From a virus: a stretch of 64,000 nucleotides of DNA. The stretch's first letter is position 1, and the number at the start of each line of letters is the position of its first letter. Of the stretch, positions 59,423 to 64,000 are shown one piece after another. Below the pieces are notes generated by a model. The model had not been told where the DNA came from. It was given only the letters and a program-made list of their open reading frames with translations, and did no database searches. The DNA is taken from positions 11,718 to 75,717 of IMG/VR virus record IMGVR_UViG_3300025626_000015; one strand, given 5' to 3'. A program made the translations under genes and the position numbers.

Positions 59423-61894
59423 ATGGCCGAAAGAATTGTATCGCCAGGCGTATTTACTAATGAAATTGATCAGTCATTTTTACCTCAAGGAATTGGTGAA
59501 ATAGGAGCTGCTTTAATTGGACCAACTATTAAAGGTCCAGCACAAATACCAACAAAAGTAAAAAATTACGCTGAATTTGAAAGTATATTCGGATCATATA
59601 CAGAAGATTCATATTTACCATTTACAGCAAAAGAATATCTAGATAATGCAGGAACATTAACTGTTACAAGATTATTGTATGAAAATGGATATAAATTAAC
59701 AAATGGAGCATTAGCAGTTATTGCTGAATCTGGTTCTGGAGCAGGAAAGAAAAGCTTTGTATCCCATATTCTTCATCCAACCGTTCCTATAAATTATTCA
59801 GCTGATTCAAATATATTTGAAAAGTCATCTATATCAAATGGAGAGTCAGGATCATTCTCTGTAAAAATTTCTGGTTCATATGGAGTTGACGCAACATATC
59901 CTGGTTATTCTGGATTTGCTTCAACAACAGGTGTTAATACAGTTGTATCAGCTTCTATTAATGATTCTAGTAATGCATATATCGAAAAAATATTTGGAAG
60001 AAATCCAAAGTCAATTGATTATCCAGTATATGTTCAATATGAAAACAAAAATATTAAAAGTCAATTTAATAATTTAGGCAATGTATCTGTTAAAATGCAG
60101 ATAATAAGTAATTATGAATATTTACAAGACTTTAAATCACCATCTACCCCATTTATTACATCACAAAAAATAAGTGGAACAACAAAAAACTTATTTAAAG
60201 CACATGCATTATCTCATGGCAATGGAGAAAATTATGATTTTAAAATAGGTATACAAAATATTATTACTGCCGCAGAAAATCCAGAGCAAACCGGCTATGG
60301 TAAATTTGATTTAGTAGTAAGAGGAGTTAATAATAAAAATATATTAGCATCTCCATTTGATTATAATGACACTGATATATCTCCTAACATATTAGAATCA
60401 TTTACTAACTTAAGTTTAAATCCAGACTCACCTAGATATATTTCCAAAGTAATTGGAGATGTACATCAATATATAGATGCTGCATCTAAAAGACTAGTTG
60501 AATCAGGAACTTATGAAAATAATTCAAAATATATAAGAATTGAAGTTGCAACATCTGTTGAAAATAAAATTAATCCTAGTGCCGTACCATTTGGATTCAA
60601 AGCAATAAGTTCTCCAATTGCAAATCCGTCTGCGAGTATTAATTTAGTTGCTACTTCAAATATAACAACCCAAATTGGGTCATCAGGATATAATTCTAAT
60701 ATATTCTTTGGATTTGATTATACTAACGAAAATAATTTAAATTATCTTGCTCCTACTCCAACGTCTGGATCGTCAGTTGGATCAAACGTAGACTTTTATT
60801 TAGGAGATCTCAATCAAGACGCAGCAGCTAGCTTCCCGTCTTCAGCTCCATATAGTGGAAGTATTGGAACTGCATTAGATGCTGGAATTATAGATTCTAG
60901 AGTAGCAGTTTCTACTAGAAAATTTATTATTCCTATTCAAGGAGGATTTGATGGTTCTAGACCAAATCTACCAAAATATGCAGGAGAAAATATATCTTCC
61001 ACTAATGCATTTGGATTTGATTGTTCTGCAGATGGGAAATCTGGAACGACTGCATATAAAAATGCATTTAACACATTATCAAATACAGATCAATACGACT
61101 TTAATATGTTAATAACACCAGGTGTAGTTCATGAATTACATTCATCAGTAACAAATGCTGGTATAACATTATGCGAAGCTAGAGCAGATGCATTTTATGT
61201 AATGGATGCAGTAGGAAAAACAAGTAATATTAGCACTGCTAAAACTACCGTTAAAACATTAGATTCAAGTTATGCTGCAACATATTATCCATGGGTATTA
61301 ACTCAACCGGTAGGAGCTCCTAAAGCATTATGGGTTCCACCATCTGTAGTTGTACCTAGTGTTTTATCATTTACTGATAGAATTGCACATCCATGGTTTG
61401 CCCCAGCTGGATTAAATAGAGGTGGTTTGTCTATGGTATCTAAAACATATATAAGACTTTCTCAATCAGATCGTGATGAATTATATGAAAATAGAATTAA
61501 TCCAATTGCAAACTTTCCAAATGAAGGAGTATGTATTTGGGGACAAAAAACATTACAAGCTTTACCGTCTGCTTTAGATAGAGTAAACGTTAGAAGATTA
61601 TTAATTACAGTTAAAAAATTCATTGCTTCGGCAACAAGATTTTTAGTATTCGAACAAAATACAGCATCAACGAGAAATAGATTCTTGCAAATAGTAAATC
61701 CTTATTTACAAGATATAGTAGCTCAGTCAGGTTTAAGTGCATTCCGTGTAATAATGGATGAAACAAATAACACTCCAGATGTAATTGATCAAAACTTTTT
61801 AATAGGTCAATTATTTTTACAGCCAACCAGAACTGCGGAATTTATTGTGTTAGACTTCACTATTCAACCAACTGGTGCTTCATTTCCTGATTAA
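59423..61894 (+). CDS. gp18: tail sheath protein (gp18-like)
   Basis: SPGVFTNEID, WFAPAGLNRG, INPI, WGQKTL, DRVNVRRLL, FEQN, QPTRTAEFI. Confidence 0.96.
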   Translation: MAERIVSPGVFTNEIDQSFLPQGIGEIGAALIGPTIKGPAQIPTKVKNYAEFESIFGSYTEDSYLPFTAKEYLDNAGTLTVTRLLYENGYKLTNGALAVIAESGSGAGKKSFVSHILHPTVPINYSADSNIFEKSSISNGESGSFSVKISGSYGVDATYPGYSGFASTTGVNTVVSASINDSSNAYIEKIFGRNPKSIDYPVYVQYENKNIKSQFNNLGNVSVKMQIISNYEYLQDFKSPSTPFITSQKISGTTKNLFKAHALSHGNGENYDFKIGIQNIITAAENPEQTGYGKFDLVVRGVNNKNILASPFDYNDTDISPNILESFTNLSLNPDSPRYISKVIGDVHQYIDAASKRLVESGTYENNSKYIRIEVATSVENKINPSAVPFGFKAISSPIANPSASINLVATSNITTQIGSSGYNSNIFFGFDYTNENNLNYLAPTPTSGSSVGSNVDFYLGDLNQDAAASFPSSAPYSGSIGTALDAGIIDSRVAVSTRKFIIPIQGGFDGSRPNLPKYAGENISSTNAFGFDCSADGKSGTTAYKNAFNTLSNTDQYDFNMLITPGVVHELHSSVTNAGITLCEARADAFYVMDAVGKTSNISTAKTTVKTLDSSYAATYYPWVLTQPVGAPKALWVPPSVVVPSVLSFTDRIAHPWFAPAGLNRGGLSMVSKTYIRLSQSDRDELYENRINPIANFPNEGVCIWGQKTLQALPSALDRVNVRRLLITVKKFIASATRFLVFEQNTASTRNRFLQIVNPYLQDIVAQSGLSAFRVIMDETNNTPDVIDQNFLIGQLFLQPTRTAEFIVLDFTIQPTGASFPD

Positions 61895-61910
61895 TTTTTA
61901 GAAATGAATA

Positions 61911-61918
61911 TATTTATA
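61911..61918 (+). promoter_or_regulatory. putative late promoter TATTTATA
   Basis: Upstream of tube ATG 61936. Confidence 0.7.
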
Positions 61919-61935
61919 TAAAAATAGGATATACA

Positions 61936-62502
61936 ATGTCAATAAACATAGATTTACTTAAAAAATTACCAAATCAAGGACAAACCCAACTAAATCAAAA
62001 CTTAGCAGGAGTTGATTACACTGACTTATTTGCTAAAGCATTTGATTGGGAACCTAAAATGACCAATAGGTTTATTATGGAATTTGAAGATATTCCATCT
62101 CATTTAATTAAAGCTTCTGGTAGACCAAGTGTTAATAATGGTAACGTAGTGTTAGATCACATTAATGTTGAAAGAAAAGTTAAAGGTAAAACAAGATGGC
62201 AAGATATCACTATAACATTGTATGATGCTATCGTACCGTCAGGCGCTCAAGCAGTAATGAATTGGGTTCGTAATCATCATGAATCATTAACAGGTAGAGA
62301 TGGATATGCAACCGGACCAGCTAAATATAAAAGAAACATTAATTTTTACTCATTATCACCAACCGGCGAGAAAATAGAAGAGTGGGAATTAAATGGAGCT
62401 TATATTAGTGATGCATCATTTGGTGATATGGATTGGTCAAATGAAGCAGCTGTAGAGATTTCATTAACATTGTCATACGACTTTGCAGTATTAAAATATT
62501 AA
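61936..62502 (+). CDS. gp19: tail tube protein (gp19-like)
   Basis: NRFIM, GKTRWQDITITLYD, WELNGAY, LTLSYD; follows sheath. Confidence 0.9.
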   Translation: MSINIDLLKKLPNQGQTQLNQNLAGVDYTDLFAKAFDWEPKMTNRFIMEFEDIPSHLIKASGRPSVNNGNVVLDHINVERKVKGKTRWQDITITLYDAIVPSGAQAVMNWVRNHHESLTGRDGYATGPAKYKRNINFYSLSPTGEKIEEWELNGAYISDASFGDMDWSNEAAVEISLTLSYDFAVLKY

Positions 62503-62514
62503 TTTATTAAAAAC

Positions 62515-62540
62515 AATGGGAGTATTTTGCTCCCATTTTT
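62515..62540 (+). terminator. intrinsic terminator after tube gene
   Basis: AATGGGAGT-atttt-GCTCCCATT then TTT-ACTG. Confidence 0.85.
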
Positions 62541-62611
62541 ACTGGTTTATAATATTTATATATAAATAAGTCATCATCATTCATACTGTTACAATAATAG
62601 CCCGGTAACAT

Positions 62612-63184
62612 ATGAAATATCTATATTTTCTTTTATTCTTTATTTGTAATTACAATATATATTGTCAAGATACTATCTTCCGGTTTGAAGAAAAACCTAT
62701 AGTTGGAAAGATATTGTTTACTAATCATGATATTATATTTTATAAAAAAAATAATTTTATAAAAGATATACCATCAGAACTTGTATTTGGATATAAAAAA
62801 AATAATAAATTGTCTATATTATACAAAGAAAAAGGACAGCCATTTACCACAATACAAATGAACGATTATATAATAGGCAGGACTAAAGGATATCAAGATT
62901 ATAATCCAGGAATTCCATTTACAGTCGGATTTTTTAGTACTTATTTTTACACATATTATAATACAAGAGGGTTAACAAGAAATCCAAAATTTTCATCATT
63001 AGCATTTACTGTAGTTCCAACAATGTTATTTACATATATAAAGCCCAGAACCAATAAATTATGGAGCTTAGAAAAAAGAATAGGATATCAATTATCTAGA
63101 TCTGAAAGAAATCAATTAACTAGTTTTATAGGTGCTATACTAGGCACGGCATTTATATATACACTCTACTTTTCAAGTAACTAA
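62612..63184 (+). CDS. membrane protein with signal peptide
   Basis: MKYLYFLLFFICNYNIYC-QDTI; about three C-terminal hydrophobic segments. Confidence 0.7.
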   Translation: MKYLYFLLFFICNYNIYCQDTIFRFEEKPIVGKILFTNHDIIFYKKNNFIKDIPSELVFGYKKNNKLSILYKEKGQPFTTIQMNDYIIGRTKGYQDYNPGIPFTVGFFSTYFYTYYNTRGLTRNPKFSSLAFTVVPTMLFTYIKPRTNKLWSLEKRIGYQLSRSERNQLTSFIGAILGTAFIYTLYFSSN

Positions 63185-63192
63185 TATTTATA
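63185..63192 (+). promoter_or_regulatory. putative late promoter TATTTATA
   Basis: Upstream of ATG 63218. Confidence 0.65.
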
Positions 63193-63217
63193 ATAAAGTT
63201 ATTAAAAAGGAGTTTAT

Positions 63218-63997
63218 ATGACAAAAGTAACAGATCGTTACAACGACAAAAATTTAATTGATTTAGCAAAACAACAATATGTAGATAAAAAGACGTCTAC
63301 TATTCCATCTGAAATAGTGCAATTACCATCTCAAGGAAAAATATATCCAAAAGATCATCCATTGCGAGAAGGAATAATTGAAATACGTCATATGACTGCA
63401 TATGATGAAGATATATTAACTAATTTATCATATATTCAACAAGGGGTTGTTTTAGACAAATTAATAGAATCTATTACACTACAAGATATAAATGTTTCAG
63501 AACTAGCTAGTTGTGATGTTGAAGCTATTATATTAACATCTAGAATTTTAGCATACGGTAGTGATTATCCAGTAACAGTAACAGATCCAAAAACTAATAG
63601 TATATTAAATAGAACAATTGACTTAACCAAAGTGCAATACAAAGATTTTGAGTTAACTACAAACGAAAATGGAGAATCAAGTTTTAATTGCTCTAATGAC
63701 TCAGTTATTAAATTTTCATATTGTTTAAAACAAAATAAAAATACTAACAATGAACGATTAATATCTTCATTTTTGTTAAGCACAATTCGTGAGGTAGACG
63801 GAAAACGTACTTCTGAAGAAATTGATGAATTTTTAAAATATAAATTTTCGTTAGCAGATTCTAGAAAATTTCAAAGATATGTTTCAGATAATGCTCCAGC
63901 AATTTTAAAAGAATATGAGTTTGAAGGTGAAGATGGAGGCACCTTTACTGCCGGGTTTCAATTTGGACCAGAACTTCTTTGGCCTGAAACCAACTGA
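63218..63997 (+). CDS. gp26: baseplate hub assembly protein / tail assembly chaperone (gp26-like)
   Basis: VQLPSQG, IRHMTAYDEDIL, RILAYGSDY, C-terminal LLWP. Confidence 0.72.
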   Translation: MTKVTDRYNDKNLIDLAKQQYVDKKTSTIPSEIVQLPSQGKIYPKDHPLREGIIEIRHMTAYDEDILTNLSYIQQGVVLDKLIESITLQDINVSELASCDVEAIILTSRILAYGSDYPVTVTDPKTNSILNRTIDLTKVQYKDFELTTNENGESSFNCSNDSVIKFSYCLKQNKNTNNERLISSFLLSTIREVDGKRTSEEIDEFLKYKFSLADSRKFQRYVSDNAPAILKEYEFEGEDGGTFTAGFQFGPELLWPETN

Positions 63998-64000
63998 TAA

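Noticed and set aside
637-63783. All minus-strand ORFs in the track (e.g. 17563-17970, 30305-30700, 43381-43818, 48703-49242)
   Set aside because: Each lies opposite a well-supported + strand gene and shows no motifs; typical antisense shadows
63953-63959. GGGTTTC as a -1 slippery heptamer
   Set aside because: It is phased XXX YYY Z in the reading frame, not the X XXY YYZ needed for -1 slippage
1-64000. Stop-codon reassignment as seen in some large phages
   Set aside because: Core genes are full length in the standard code and TAA, TAG and TGA all end genes

Overview
All 64 kb is one co-oriented (+ strand), very AT-rich segment of a large T4-like (contractile-tailed) phage genome, read in the standard genetic code. 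It carries: an accessory region (CAP/SCP protein, Hc1 histone-like protein, DUF4494-like protein, Hsp20, HD hydrolase); a gp55-like late sigma factor; a baseplate cluster (gp5-, gp25-, gp6-like and others); a small kinase-fold gene; a replication/recombination island (T7-type endonuclease I, primase, fused Mre11-Rad50/SbcD-SbcC); a nucleotidyltransferase + ligase-like fusion; the head module (TerL, portal, protease, scaffold, major capsid) with ribosomal protein bS21 inserted; neck/tail-terminator genes; fibres; sheath; tube; and a gp26-like gene. Host is inferred to be Bacteroidota (Hc1, DUF4494, bS21 type, Gln at +1 of signal peptides). Best leads: (1) a separately promoted and terminated two-gene unit, bS21 plus a ferredoxin-fold, possibly bS6-like protein, together with SD-like AGGAG/AGAAAG signals on phage genes, suggesting remodelling of the ribosome anti-SD pocket; (2) a GC-rich three-way-junction RNA filling a fibre gene 5' UTR; (3) a late promoter motif TATTTATA that is the exact reverse complement of the T4 late promoter; (4) a pervasive [ST]-[GAS]-S motif confined to outer virion proteins; (5) a shared N-terminal LKxxPNQxQ leader on three tail proteins; (6) inverted repeats bracketing hsp20. 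All family assignments are from motif recognition by eye; no database searches were run. No tRNA, rRNA, CRISPR array or transposase was seen.
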